DNA from: Nageia nagi
Lineage: Eukaryota; Plantae; Pinophyta
Reading direction: 5' to 3'
Assembly: GCA_050084985.1 (NCBI GenBank)
Contig: JBITNC010000002.1
Location: forward strand, 20,274,001 to 20,338,000
Length of the DNA stretch: 64,000 bases
A program made the translations under genes and the position numbers. Shown piece by piece: positions 48,601-61,038 of this stretch (position 1 is the first letter of the stretch; every line of letters starts with the position of its first letter). The notes beneath the pieces are model-generated. The model was not told the origin of the DNA. It saw nothing but the letters and a program-made list of their open reading frames with translations, and ran no database searches.

Positions 48601-50444
48601 AAATTGTTTTTGAAGTCATTTTTGGCCATTTCAAAGTTTAAAACACCTTCCCCACTCATTCCCCATCCATCTAAGGTGTTAAAACTTGATTTCGGCATCA
48701 TTTGCCAATTTCACCAATTTTCACCATTTTTTCTTGTTTAAAAAGTCAACTTTTTGAGCAAAAAATTGAAAATTCTCCAAAAGTCCCAATTTTTTGCCAA
48801 GGCATTTTCCTTTGAATCAGATACCCTTGTGTTATCTCAAACTCACTCAAAAGGCCTTGAACCTTGCAAATTTTGGTATTTTCGATGATGGCACACTTAA
48901 AAGTAATCCAATTTTCCAAAATCCCTCTTTGTTTGCCAAGAAAGTGCCATTAGCTTTCCAGGACTCTTCTAACTCTAGATTGTCCACCTAAACAAGAACA
49001 AAATGGCGTTAGTCACACAGAACATCAAAGATAGGAAAACAGATGAAAGGAGTCAGATTTGCCATCTGGTGCAAGGAAATGGTCAAAACCAATAAGGCCA
49101 TCCTGGAGCATCTGCTATCAAACAAAAGAATCCTCCAAACAACCCATTGGGCCATCAAGAACATAGAAATGCTCATGGAAGATGACTTTGAAGCCAAAAT
49201 CGTAACAAATATAGAAGCCATCTTCTCACCACTGCCAAAATAGAAAGGGGTCTATTTTGGCAAGTTTTTGATATGTAAGCCAAATATTTGGCCAACATAG
49301 TGGATTCCCACTATGTCCAATTGTAATCTTAATTAGCATTTTCAATTAGCTTGTAAATAGTTGTTAGTGTTACATTTAAGATTAGGGTTTTGAAACTTAT
49401 TTCTAGGGTTTCAATAGTGACTTTTAGGGTTTCCAAAAGTATATAAGTAAGAGACATGGGGTCTCATTTTCAGCAGAGCTCATTTTGCGAAAAAAGTGAA
49501 ACTTTTGTAAGAGAGGAGCAAATTGATGTATCCTTGCACAACTCTTTTATAAATTAATACAAAGTGGTTAAGGCAAAGATCGAGATTATTTATCCATTTA
49601 TAGTGTTATGAATTGTTTCTTAAGGATTATCATTGCTCGTTTGATGCTTTCGCGTCCTTCCTTTGAAAACTCAAGAGTTTTAGGAAATTGTATCATTGCT
49701 TTATTCTTTAAAGTGTTGGAAATCATTCTTTGATAATTGCTTGGTTCATAGCACAGACTAGATGAGGTATTTTGAATTTGTTTCTTGTTTTATGACATCA
49801 AACTAGAGGTTTACATCCAAACTCTTATTCTTCCCACGTTCTTCCACCACATCCATTTGATTGCTCCCAATAGGCATTCCTCCCCATTCCTCTTTGGAAC
49901 AACTCAAATGTTCGCAAAGCTGGATGAATTGGATGAAATCCCTAAACTACTCCAAAAAGGATGAACTTTTTAGACAATACTTCATCGTGGTGACTCGTTT
50001 GGTATTTGACAAAGTATCCATTTCCATTTCACAAGTGTAGTCTCTCACTTTACAGTATTTTATTTATGCTTTCAAAACCAAATACAATCGTTAAGTCCAC
50101 GCATAGATATTTTGAATAAACTCTATACATCAAATAAAACAACGTTGGTTAACACACTCCTACCTCTCATTTCATTCCATTGAGGCTGATTCCAAAGAGG
50201 GATACCGCACTTTCTTTCATCTATCCCTAGACCAGAAACACTTGCTCAAGAACGAGATCTCACTTGGCAGGCATACCTACAACGTCAAAATGTTGAGTAG
50301 GTGTTTCGACAAAAGCCTTGGAGGTACCCAATTCTTTTCAAACGGAGGAATTGGTGACACATTCCCAACTATGTTGTTGGGCAGCTTGTGATTCCTGCAC
50401 GCGATCTTCAGAGGGTCGCTACGGGAAAGAAAAGCATCCCAACA
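45620..50444 (+). mobile_element. Giant solo LTR (4825 bp), related to 11144-15038
   Basis: TGTTGTGACCACACAACACACCCCAA...CCCAACA termini. Eroded TSD GCTAT/ACTAC (two transitions). Shares GAGCAAATTGATGTA..CAACTCTTTTA and CCTT.CTTTGAAAACTC..GAGTTTTAGG blocks with the 11144 copy. TATA boxes at 48230 and 49440. Confidence 0.8.
46500..47870. repeat. Diverged tandem array inside the LTR, about 4 units of ~365 bp
   Basis: AAACCT(G/A)C(G/A)CCT recurs near 46688, 47062, 47415 and 47778. GGTAGG and CCAATGGGA-like motifs show the same period. Confidence 0.7.
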
Positions 50445-50461
50445 ACTACTAATATAGTAAA

Positions 50462-51020
50462 TATAATGACCCAAAATGGTGGGTTTCATTCATGAGCACC
50501 ACATCAACTTACTATTTTAGCTCATGTAGTGGGATGTCCCTCCTTTAGGAGGATTTATTTACTTTTATGTTTTGGTGTCATTTAGAAAATAATATTTGGC
50601 CCTATGATTTTGTGCATTCCTTTCTTGAGTGCAAAAATGCATTAAATGAGCATTTTAAGGTGGGCATCCCTCTTCTAGGGGCTATTAGGAGTAATTTTGG
50701 ATAAATAGGATTATTTTATTATTTTAGGACTTTTTGGTGTAATTCTATAATTTGAGAATTTAATTTGTCATCCCAAGGTGGGACGCCAAAGTAGGAGTGT
50801 ATTTTGTAAAAGTAGAAAATATTTGGACTAGGTCAGCTAGTCATCAAAAAGAGACAGTTTCACTATTTAAGGAGAGAGGGAAGTAGATGTGGATGAATAT
50901 CCCAAAAGAACACAAACAAGTAAGCAAGGTTCATATGTTGATTATGATCACCGACTTAACTTCATCTGTGTCAGTTCATTGCTCATTTTCTGCATCAACC
51001 TTTTGAGATCTCCAATTTCA
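50462..51020 (+). mobile_element. Truncated LTR fragment
   Basis: TATAATGACCC (eroded TGTAATGACCC) start and CTATTTAAGG TATA-like box at ~50863. No 3' end found. Confidence 0.35.
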
Positions 51021-51025
51021 TTGTT

Positions 51026-52150
51026 TTATCTAGAAGGACTTGTGGCTAGTGTGGTGGGATTCAGACATGAGGGCTGAGTAGGAATATTGGTGGATGGAGG
51101 AAGGAAAGTGGAATTAGTATTTACAGATGGATTGTTCATGAATGAACTAGGTTGTTGGGCAACCAATCCATTGGCATGATTAACATTAGTAACCGATGAA
51201 TATGGGTAGTACAATAGTGTCGAAGAGTTGGGCTGAATGGAATTGTTAGACATAGCAAAATTCGGCATACCTTGAGAATTGAGATTTGAAGGGTATGCAT
51301 TTGAAGGATGTATTGCCTAATTTGTACTAACATTCATACCACCAATACCTTGTGGATTAAGCTATTGTTCAACTTTGATTGCTTTTGCATAAGCCAATGG
51401 TAATGAGGTAACTACAGCCTCTCTTTCCACAAAAGTTGAAGTCCATGGATCTAATGTTCTGAAATATATTTGGAGAGCAAAGTCTTGTGATACTTTGCAA
51501 GGATCTAGGATCTATCAACTTGTTATATGCCTTTTGAAACCTATCATTAAATAGTCTTATTGGCTTATGAGTTCTTGAAATTACGGCAAACTCATGGTAT
51601 AGAAGGGTTGGATCAACGAGCACCCTGAACTGATTGATAAATGCTTGTTCAAGTTGATCCCATGAAGTAATTGATCTTTTTGCTAGACTGTCGTACCAAA
51701 GATTGGCATGTTCATCAAAGGTTGTAGGAAACATGGCACAAGCCACATCTTCATGTTGCATTCGTAGCCTAGACAACCCATTTTTGTACCTCTGAATGTG
51801 CTCTTCAGCCATTACTAGGCCATTATGCACATATTTGGGAAGATATTCATCGAGACTTTTGGGAAATGGGCTCACCTAGCAATATTGATCGGACTTCCTT
51901 TCAACCATGCTAACATGGTCGCCATTTGTGCGTTCCAATTGTTAACAAGTGCTTGAACAACTAGTTGCACCATCAGTTGCACAATCTGAGGACTAATAAT
52001 CGATGGTGTAACAAAGGCATGTGGAGAAGTACATTGTAGTGGAGGTGTACTAGGTTCGGATAAATTGAATTATGATAAAAGATTGCTTGGAGTCTAATTT
52101 GTAGCTTTAGTTGACTACCTTTTTGTTGCCTAAGCGGCCTTCAACCTAGT
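51026..52150 (-). pseudogene. gag of the older host gypsy element (truncated after gag)
   Basis: LPKY...AEEHI......HEDVACAMFPTTFDEHANLWYDSL..RSITSWDQLEQAFINQF is a Retrotrans_gag motif. It lies downstream of the PBS at 60927 once the nested element is removed. Confidence 0.8.
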
Positions 52151-52179
52151 ATATTTTGGTTTTTATGTTTAGGTCCTAG

Positions 52180-52796
52180 TGTAGTAGCTAAATAATAAGA
52201 TTAATGCAAACGGCATTGATTAATGCGATATTGCTCTACTTTATAAATATTGACACATATATCAAAAACATAGCAATAACATGTAACAAGAATGTAGTAG
52301 TGTTTACTTAGATTCTATATTCATTCCGTTAATCTGAAAATGCACAAATGACAAAGCATACATTCATGAACAAGTACGTCGTCAGCACCGTAGGATGAGT
52401 GAAATTACAAACGCAAACAAGAATATAGCGATGAGCGAATTAACGAATAATCAAATTATGAACATACATGCGAGATTTCAGAATAATAGATGCGCAATGT
52501 AGCCAGATAAAGCAAATTGCAATCCTTCAAATGATTTTCAATTGATAATCCTTGCATTAGCTTGAAATGATTATTAGCCCATGATTCACTCATGATCTAA
52601 AGGTCATCAAATGATGCCTTTATATATGATACAAGTTTACATGACTTTGATATTTTAACCCCTTGTACAATCCACAAAGGTCAAATACATGGCCTACACC
52701 TCTTTTATACATTTGTAATCTCTTTTTACATAATAGTTTGTTAAGGGATTAAAATGATTTATTAAATACATAAAGGTTCATTTTGAGACATCTACA
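52180..52796 (-). repeat. 3' LTR (617 bp)
   Basis: TGTAG...CTACA termini. Roughly 90-95% identical by eye to 60211-60852. PPT AAAGAGGGGCAAA at 52797-52809. Confidence 0.95.
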
Positions 52797-53374
52797 TTTG
52801 CCCCTCTTTGGATGTGTGATTGAAACAATGAAATTACATGTCCAAAGAAGAAGTGTAGCCAAGACATTGAAGAAAATTTTCTGATCTTTTTATTGATGTT
52901 GTCTTTTGCTGAAGATGAATGAACGATGTTGAGGGTCCTTATGCTACCCCCCTTTTGTCTTGGGTGCCCTAAGAAAGATCCTTAAGTGGAGTAGCCAAGG
53001 CAAAAGCTACTGAAGAAGCTATCTTCAGGAATACTATTTGAATGATGTGTGGATGACTTTAGAAATCCATATCCAAGGCTAGAGATGGAAGATATGATGT
53101 GCCTCCTTTATATTGTTTCAATCAAGAATTTGGTCATTCCGTCGTGTCTAATACTCGGGAACCATTTGCACTTACGTCCATGCCTCGAGACAAAGAGGTT
53201 ATGCTTTGAAGTAGTGGAAATAACAATGAGATGTATTCCGCCGTCGGCCCAACAGACTATGAGCACAGCATTGGTGCCCTAGTTTTGACTATAAGTTTTG
53301 TCTGTTTCGTTGGATTTGCGTACCTACAATGAAATGTCAATCATAAAACAATGATGGATGCACATAAGTTGTTT

Positions 53375-53900
53375 CATCCATTGGAGATGATCCAATGTCA
53401 ACATCTTGCTCACGGTTGCATCGCTGGTTTATCTTTTAAGTGAGTGAACTTTCACTAGCCATATCAATGGCCATCGGCGATCATACGTTTGTATGTCTAT
53501 CATCCGAAGATAAGATGCTTTAGATGGATCCAAAGCAAAAACCATGTGGATACACAATAAAATGTATCGTCCATTGGACATGATCCAATGTCAACACATT
53601 GCTCACGGCTGTATCGTCGGTTTATCTTTTAAGTGAGTGAACTCTCACTAGCCATATCATTCGCCATTGGCAATCATACGTTTGTATGTCCATGATCCAA
53701 ACACAATATGCTTTGGATGGGTTCAAAGCAAAAACCATGTGGATACACAGCAAAATGTATCGTCCATTGGAGATGATCCAATGTCAACAAATTGCTCACT
53801 ACTATATCACCGGTTTATCTTTTTAAGTGAGTGAACTCTCACTAGCCGTATCGTTGGCCATCGACGATCATGCATTTTTATGTCCATGATCCGAAGACAT
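53375..53900. repeat. Tandem repeat in the retrotransposon 3' UTR, ~2.7 x 193 bp
   Basis: CCATTGGA.ATGATCCAATGTCAACA at 53378, 53571 and 53764. Confidence 0.9.
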
Positions 53901-54061
53901 TAGACTGTCAATTTTTTTTCTTTTGCACGCCGTCAACATCTTGCTAACAGTCAAGAATGCCGTTGACGCCGTGTTTTGCATGGATCTATACATAAAACAA
54001 AACAAAATTGTGCCCCTGTGTTTGATATGAATTGTTTTGCAGGGGCACAGAGTCGTGTTTG

Positions 54062-57000
54062 TCAAGCGTACAAACGCTTGAGATGGATGGCATTGAAGAT
54101 TTTTGGTTCTTCCTTGCCATCCAAAGTTGATAACTTGTATGCTCTTGATCCTGTTGCATCAACAACAACATATGGTCCCAACCAATTGGGTTCAAATTTT
54201 CCTTTAGCCTCCTCATTTGCTATTGTTTTGTTGATATTCTCTTTTAAGACTAGGTCTCCTATTTTGAACTCCTTAGCTTTTATCTTCTTGACAAATGCTC
54301 TTTTAAGTTTGGCATGGTAGACCTTTTGATGCTCAATGGCTTTGATTCTTTTTTTATCTAACATCTCTAGCTGCAGCAATCTTGTTTTTCTTGCAGCTTC
54401 ATTTGGAAGATCACCTTGTAAAGAGATCCTAAGCGAAGGAATCTCTAACTCAAGTGGGAAAATGGCCTCATCTCCATATACCAATGAGAAGGGGGTTGCC
54501 CCATGGCTGTTCGGACACTAGTTCTGTAGGCCCGTAATGCATATGGCAATTGCTCATGCCAATCTCTTTTGGACTTATCTCGTGTTTTGGCAAGAATACT
54601 CTTAAGTGTCTTGTTTGTTGCTTCAGCTTGCCCATTACCTTGAGGGTAGTAAACTGAAGAAAAGGTTTGTGTGATGTGAAACCTTTTACAAAATGCTTGC
54701 ATATCCTTGCCCTTGAGATTTGGACCATTATCCATGATCAACCTTTGTGGCACACCAAATCTAATGATGATGTATTCTACAAGGAATGCAATAATCTTTT
54801 CTTGTGTCACTGACTTCATGGGGATGGCTTCTGCCCAGTTGGTAGTATATTCTGTAGCTGTGATGACAAATTTGTGTCCTTCTCTAGAATGAGGATTAAT
54901 CAAGCCAATCAAATCTATGCCCCAAGTAGCAAAGGGCCATGGAGAAATAATGAAATTGAGTTCTTGAGTGGGCTATTTTTCTAACTTTGCATGCTTTTGG
55001 CATGGCACACATACTTTCACATGAGTTTGAAAATCTTCTTCCATAGTGGGCCAATAGTACCCTATTCTCAAGATCTTTGTATAAAGAGCTTTAGCATGAA
55101 AATGGCCACCACATAATCCATCATGACCTTGCTCAAAAGTAGTAGCTATCTCATCCTATGTTAAACATCTCAACAAAGCACCATCAAAAGATCTTCTATA
55201 TAAAATATCACCAATGATAACATATTTCATAACAGTCCTTCTTAATCTTAATCTATCATTCTTAGTATAACTAGAAGGAACACTTTGGTCTTTTAAGTAG
55301 CTATAGATATCAAAATACCAATCTTGAAAAGCATCATCATTGGCAATAAGACAGGAAAAAATAGAACGAAGATGAGTTGTGTAAGATGGAGAACTTCACT
55401 TACGGATAGTGAGAATGGTCTCCTCATCTTCAAGCTCAATTGGTACCAAAGAGGCTGCGCTTGCCATAGTATCTACATATCTGTTATTAATCCTAGGTAT
55501 GGTCTCAACAGTATACCTGTCAAGCCTGTCCAGCAACTCAATCACAACCACCCTATAAGGCATTAACTTCTCATCTTTGATATCATAAGTACTCTTCACT
55601 TGGTTGACAACAAGTCGTGAGTCCCCATAAATTTCTATGTCTATGATTTTCAGTTCTAAAGCTGCCTTCGATCCTAGTATCAAAGCATCATACTCAGCCA
55701 TATTATTAGTGCATTTGAAATCCAATTTATAGGCAATAGGAATTACTTGATTGGTAGGGGAGACCAAAACAATACCCGCCCCTGCTCGGTGAATGCATCT
55801 AGAACCATCAAAATACAAGGACCAGACTACAAGCTCATCCTCTAGAAGACAAATATATTCATCAAGGACGGAGATCTCTTCAAAGTCACGCCACTGGCAT
55901 CCTGTTGACAGTTCATCAGGCCGCTGGCGCCGTGTCTCCTCAAAAATGTCGGGAAATTCTTCATGGATCACCTCCTCGCATTCCTGAGGGAAATCTGCTA
56001 TCAGATCTGCAATGGCCTGTCCTTTAACGGATTTTTGCTTTACCACATTAATATCAAATTCCTACAATAACATTAGCCACTTTGCAAATCTACCGGATAA
56101 GTTTTGTTTAGCCACAAGATATTTTAAAGGATCAAGAGGACTAACAACATATGTAGTGCAATATAACAAGTAATGCCTTAATTTTTCAGTGGTAAATATC
56201 ATAGCAAAGCAAATCTTCTCCATAGGAGTGTACCTTGTCTCATAATCAACCAATGTCTTGCTTAGATAATAGATAGCCTTTTCTTTGTTATTTTCAATTT
56301 ATTGACACAGCATGGTTCCTATGGCATACAAGAAGGTTGAAATATACCAGTAAGCAGGTTGGGAAAAATCCAAGGGAACAAGGATAGGGGGGTTAAGCAA
56401 ATATTGCTTGATATCTTCAAATGCTTTTTGGCAATTCACATCCCATGCAAACTTGACATCCTTCTTAAGTAAGTGAGTGAATGGTCTACACTTGTCCCCT
56501 AGTTGTGAGATGAACCTCCTAATTGAATTTATCTTTCCTTGAAGACTTCTAAGTTGTTTCAAGTTTCTAGGGAGAGGCATGTTAATAATAGCTTTTACTT
56601 TCTTAGGATCTACTTCAATTCCTCTATTTGAAACCATGAACCCTAACAATTTTCCAGAAGTAACTCCAAATGCACATTTTGAAGGTTTAAGTCTTAGGTT
56701 GTACCTTTGCAAAATGTCGAATACCTCTTCAAGGGCTTGGAGATGGTCTTGACCTTGCTTTGATTTGACAAGAATGTCATCAATATAAACCTTCACTGTT
56801 TTGTGAATATGCTTATGGAACATACTGACCATGGCTCTTTGATATGTAGCACCTACATTTTTTAGTCCAAAAGGCATAACCTTCCAACAAAAATTGCCCC
56901 AAGGGGTTGTGAAAGTGGTTTTATGTCGATCAACAGGATTATTTAAGATTTGATTGTAACCAGAAAAACCATCCATAAATGACAACATATCATGACCAAC

Positions 57001-59921
57001 TATGCTATCAACAATCATATCAATATTAGGTAACATAAAATCATCCTTAGGATAGGCGTTAATATCACGAAAATCGGTACATACCTGTATCTCACCAATT
57101 GGTTTAGTAACAGGAATAACGTTAGACAACCACTCAAAATAATCAATAGGCTCTATGAATCCTGCTTGCAAGTATTTTTCAATCTCTTTTTGACTAACAA
57201 GGCCTTAGAAGGATGCATTTTTCTAGGCTTTTGCTTAATTGGTTTGGCATTTGCTTTTAATGGCAAATTATGCATAACAAATGAAGGATCTAACCTAGGC
57301 ATATCATTCTAAGACGAACCAAAATTTTCAGAATGTGTGATGAAGTTAGATTTGTACCTTTCTTGCTCGAAAGAGGCTAGGGCTGCTCCAATTTGAAGCA
57401 ATCTCTCCTTATTTGTAGTGTCGATGTTAATGTTTAGCAACTCTTCTTGTGAAAAGGTGAAATCCTTTTTTGTTGGTAATAATGATGGCAAATCCTCCAT
57501 AGTAAGATCAGCAATCTTAGCTTCTTCTAAGGGCTGAATTTGTAACACATCATGAAAATTGACCTCTTGGCCAAAGTAAGCATATTCATGAAGCATATAA
57601 GAGGCATGACGTTTTTCGTTAGACTTGGGCAATGCTGAATGTGCCCCCAAGTATTCAAGCAAATCATCATCAATACTGAAATAATCAAAGGCAAGAGGTA
57701 AGCTATGATCAATCCACATATCTTCATTAATTTTATCAGATAATTCTATCACATTAGATGTTTTAACAAACTATATGGGACCCCATTTTTGTTTGACCTG
57801 TCCATCACTACCTAGACCTATCTTAGTAATCTGTGTTTTTGGAAAAACAGAAAAATCAAACATACTTTGCTCAGTTTTACCTAAACCTCCTCCCTGTACT
57901 TGCAATTGTTAACCATATATTTTTGAACAAAAGTAGAAGGAAAGGTTTTACTTGATTTGGAAGATGCACGTACATCATCTTCAAAAGACTAGTTCATCGT
58001 TTCAGACAAAACAAAGCTGGAAGGATCGTTGACATCATCATCTGTACGACGTTGGTGGCCTGAAACAGCCAACATTCGAGGTTGTCCCAAGTCTTTAACG
58101 GATGCAAAAAAGTTTGTATCATCTAATTTGTAAGTGCCCATACCTGTTTCTGTGATTTGTACCTGTTTATCTGTATTTTCCTCTGGTGTGGGATCATCCA
58201 AGGGTTCTATTTCGAAAAGTGGTGGAACCAAGGCCATCTCCTCAAAGTTAGCAAGATTGCATAGTGTATAGGGCTCAGGATCAACTAAGATTGTATGTAT
58301 TTCTCCTTGGAATACAAATTTCAACCTACCATGTAATGTAGAAGGAATAGCTTCCATATCATGGATCCAAGGTCTTCCTAAAAGCATGTTATAAGACAAC
58401 TTGGAATCATCTACCTGAAACTTGGTCGGAATAGTTCTAACTCCTGTGTTAGTCATGCTGGTAGCTATGCCTAGTGGTTTCTTAGAAGAACTATCATAGG
58501 CTCTAATTTTGAAAGTAGCTTCTTCTAATGGGGGGATGGTTACACCTTTTTCATGTAATTGAGTCAAAAAACAGTTAGAACATACATTCATAGCTGAACC
58601 ATTGTCTATCATGGTCCTTTTGACTTCTCATTCATCTACCATAGCGGTGATATATAAAGCTGCACATTCATCTAGTAGTTCTTAGTTGAGTATTTCAGAC
58701 TTATGAAAGGAGATAGTATCACTTTCCCTAATAGGTTGGAGCTTCTCAGAAAATGTAGCCACTGAAATGTTAGTAGGAACAATTTCATTCTTAAATAAAA
58801 TATATAAAACATCCCTATGAGCTTGAGAAGTAGAAATGAGATCATAAAAGCTAATCTTGGCTAGTGTATTTTTCAATTGATAAATCATACTGTAAACTTT
58901 AGGATCAGGTGGGATAATTACTTGTTCAGTGGTAACTGGATTTGGAACATTGTGTGGACATCCTCTTTGCAAGTTAGCACACACCCCTTAGACTACTATG
59001 ACCACGTTGACGGCATCTTCTTGCTTAGCAAGACGTTCATCAATCTTGTACCTTCCTTGTTCTATGAGGGCTATGATAGTTGCTTCCAATGTTTTGCAAA
59101 AGTTTGTAGCGTGCCCTTTTCGTTGATGATAAGCACAATATGCCTTAAAGTGTCCCAAAAGGGTATCATCATCAACTTTTTCAAGCGGGTGTAGGGGGCC
59201 TTTCTTCATTAAGTCCCTCAAAAGAATTCTTGGTGGAACTGGAAATGTGTAGTTGGTCTCTTTTGAGGAAGTAGATCTTTTGTGCCTTTGGAGGAGTCTT
59301 GGGTTTATCCACCATATGAACTAGTTTCTCCTCTTTCTTAGCGTATGATTTCCTATTATCTTTGAAAAAGTTGTTAGATGTATATTTAAGCTCTCCTATA
59401 GATAATAAAACTTTCTCTTTTTGTACTAATTGTTGAACTAGAGTACTAAAACCAACATCCTTAGCACTAGGAGCATGCAATTGAAGTAGAGGAATAATAG
59501 ATTCACGAAATATGCCACAAATCTCAAATTCATCTAGTTTAACTCGAGTAGTTTGCCATGCCTTTTTGAAGCGTAAGACATACTTTTCTATGGTTTCGTT
59601 GCTTGCTTGACGAAACACACATAATTCTAATATATTGCCTTGTTCTTTAATATTATGCTTGTATTGACCCATAAATATTCAAAATAAGGTTTTGAAGGAA
59701 TCAATAGACTTACCAGGCAGAGAGTAGAACCACTGAGTAGCATCACCTTTAAAACTCCTTGGTAAGAATTTAGCCATTAACCTCTCATCTGAACCCAGTT
59801 TCAACAAGCACTCCTGAAAGCTAATGAGATGTTGCTTGGGATCCTGTTCGTTGTTGAACATCTCGAACTTGGGGGTCTTGTGATCAGGTGGTAGGGGAAA
59901 ATTGGGAATGTCATCGGTCAA
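54062..59921 (-). pseudogene. Frameshifted gag-pol polyprotein
   Basis: gag (DPKQHL..F..WFYSL), protease (IDNGSAMNV), RT (FMDGFSGYNQI, VMPFGLKN, YIDDIL), RNase H (ETRY..EK..), second archaeal-type RNase H (LYFDGS..NNMAEY..YGDS.LVVNQ), integrase (WGIDLIG, MDNG, YPQGNGQAE, GKFEPNWLGPY). Confidence 0.95.
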
Positions 59922-60210
59922 GGGTGAAACAAAAATGCCATCTTAATCATTAGGATTGGATGGTGTGGTATTAGATGAATCTCTTGGATAAGTCAAGCTC
60001 AAACCTGGATTGTTGTTCACAGCAATCTCTCTTCGCAAATCCATAATATTCATGTTCAGATCCTGAAGCGTGGCTGTGAGTTGATCCATCTTAACGCAGC
60101 TAGCATCCTAAAGATAGAAATATATGGCGCTGGCAGCCTGATCCTAATAAGAAGGGTTAGCACGAGCTCAACTCTAGGGCAAGATAAATCGAGCAGTCAT
60201 GTTCACCAAA

Positions 60211-60852
60211 TGTAGTAGCTAAATAATGCAACTAATGCAAATGGGGTTGATTAATGCAATATTGCTCTACTTTATAAATATTGACGCATATATCAGAAAC
60301 ATGGCAATAACATGTAACAGGAATGCAGTAGTGTTTACTTAGATTCTATATTCATTCCATTAATCAGAAAATGCACAAATGATAGAGCATACATTCATGA
60401 ACAAGTATGCCCTCGGCACCCTAGAATTGGCACACCATCGGCACCGTAGGATGAGCGAAATTACAAACGCGAACAAGAATATAGCGATGAGCGAATTAGC
60501 AAATACTCAAATTATGAACATACATGTGAGTTTACAGAATAATAGATGCGTAATGTAGCCAGATAAAGCAAATTACAATCCTTCAAATGATCTTCAATTG
60601 ATAATCCTTGTATTAGCTTGAAATGATTATTAGCCCATGATTCACTCATGATCTAAAGGTCATTAAATGATGCCTTTATATATGATACAAGTTTACATGA
60701 CTTTGATATTTTGACCCCTTGTACAATCCACAAGGGTCAAATACATGGCCTACACCTCTTTTATAAATTTTTAATCTCTTTTTACATGGTAGTCTGTTAA
60801 GGGATTAAAATGATTTATTAAATACATAAAGGTTCATTTTGAGGCATCTACA
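60211..60852 (-). repeat. 5' LTR (642 bp)
   Basis: TGTAG...CTACA termini. Carries 25 bp more than the 3' LTR near 60410-60445. Followed on the minus strand by TT-TGGTGAACATGAC (PBS-like, tRNA not assigned). Confidence 0.95.
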
Positions 60853-60926
60853 CCTAGTTTGAAGTTAAAAGTAAAAAGTAAAAAAATAAAAGACAACAAT
60901 CAATCAAGGCAAAAACAAGTTGATGG

Positions 60927-60943
60927 CCCTCCTTCTAGCACCA
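60927..60943 (-). promoter_or_regulatory. Primer binding site complementary to plant tRNA-Asn (TGGTGCTAGAAGGAGGG)
   Basis: Matches the 3' end of plant tRNA-Asn(GUU) ...CCCUCCUUCUAGCG-CCA (recalled) with one C>T change. Preceded by CCAACA-TAAAT. Confidence 0.75.
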
Positions 60944-61038
60944 ATTTATGTTGGTGTGTAGAGGAGGAGGCTTATAAAAGACAGCTAGCAATCAAGGCAA
61001 ATTAACAATTCAATGGCCCTCCTTCTAAAAGAAATTTA

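Larger units (their letters stand above)
52180..60852 (-). mobile_element. Structurally complete Ty3/gypsy element, Tat/Ogre-type (gag-PR-RT-RH-aRH-INT), 8673 bp, non-functional
   Basis: Two matching LTRs, perfect TSD CCTAG (52175-79 / 60853-57), PBS-like TGG and a PPT. All pol domains are recognisable. Confidence 0.96.
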
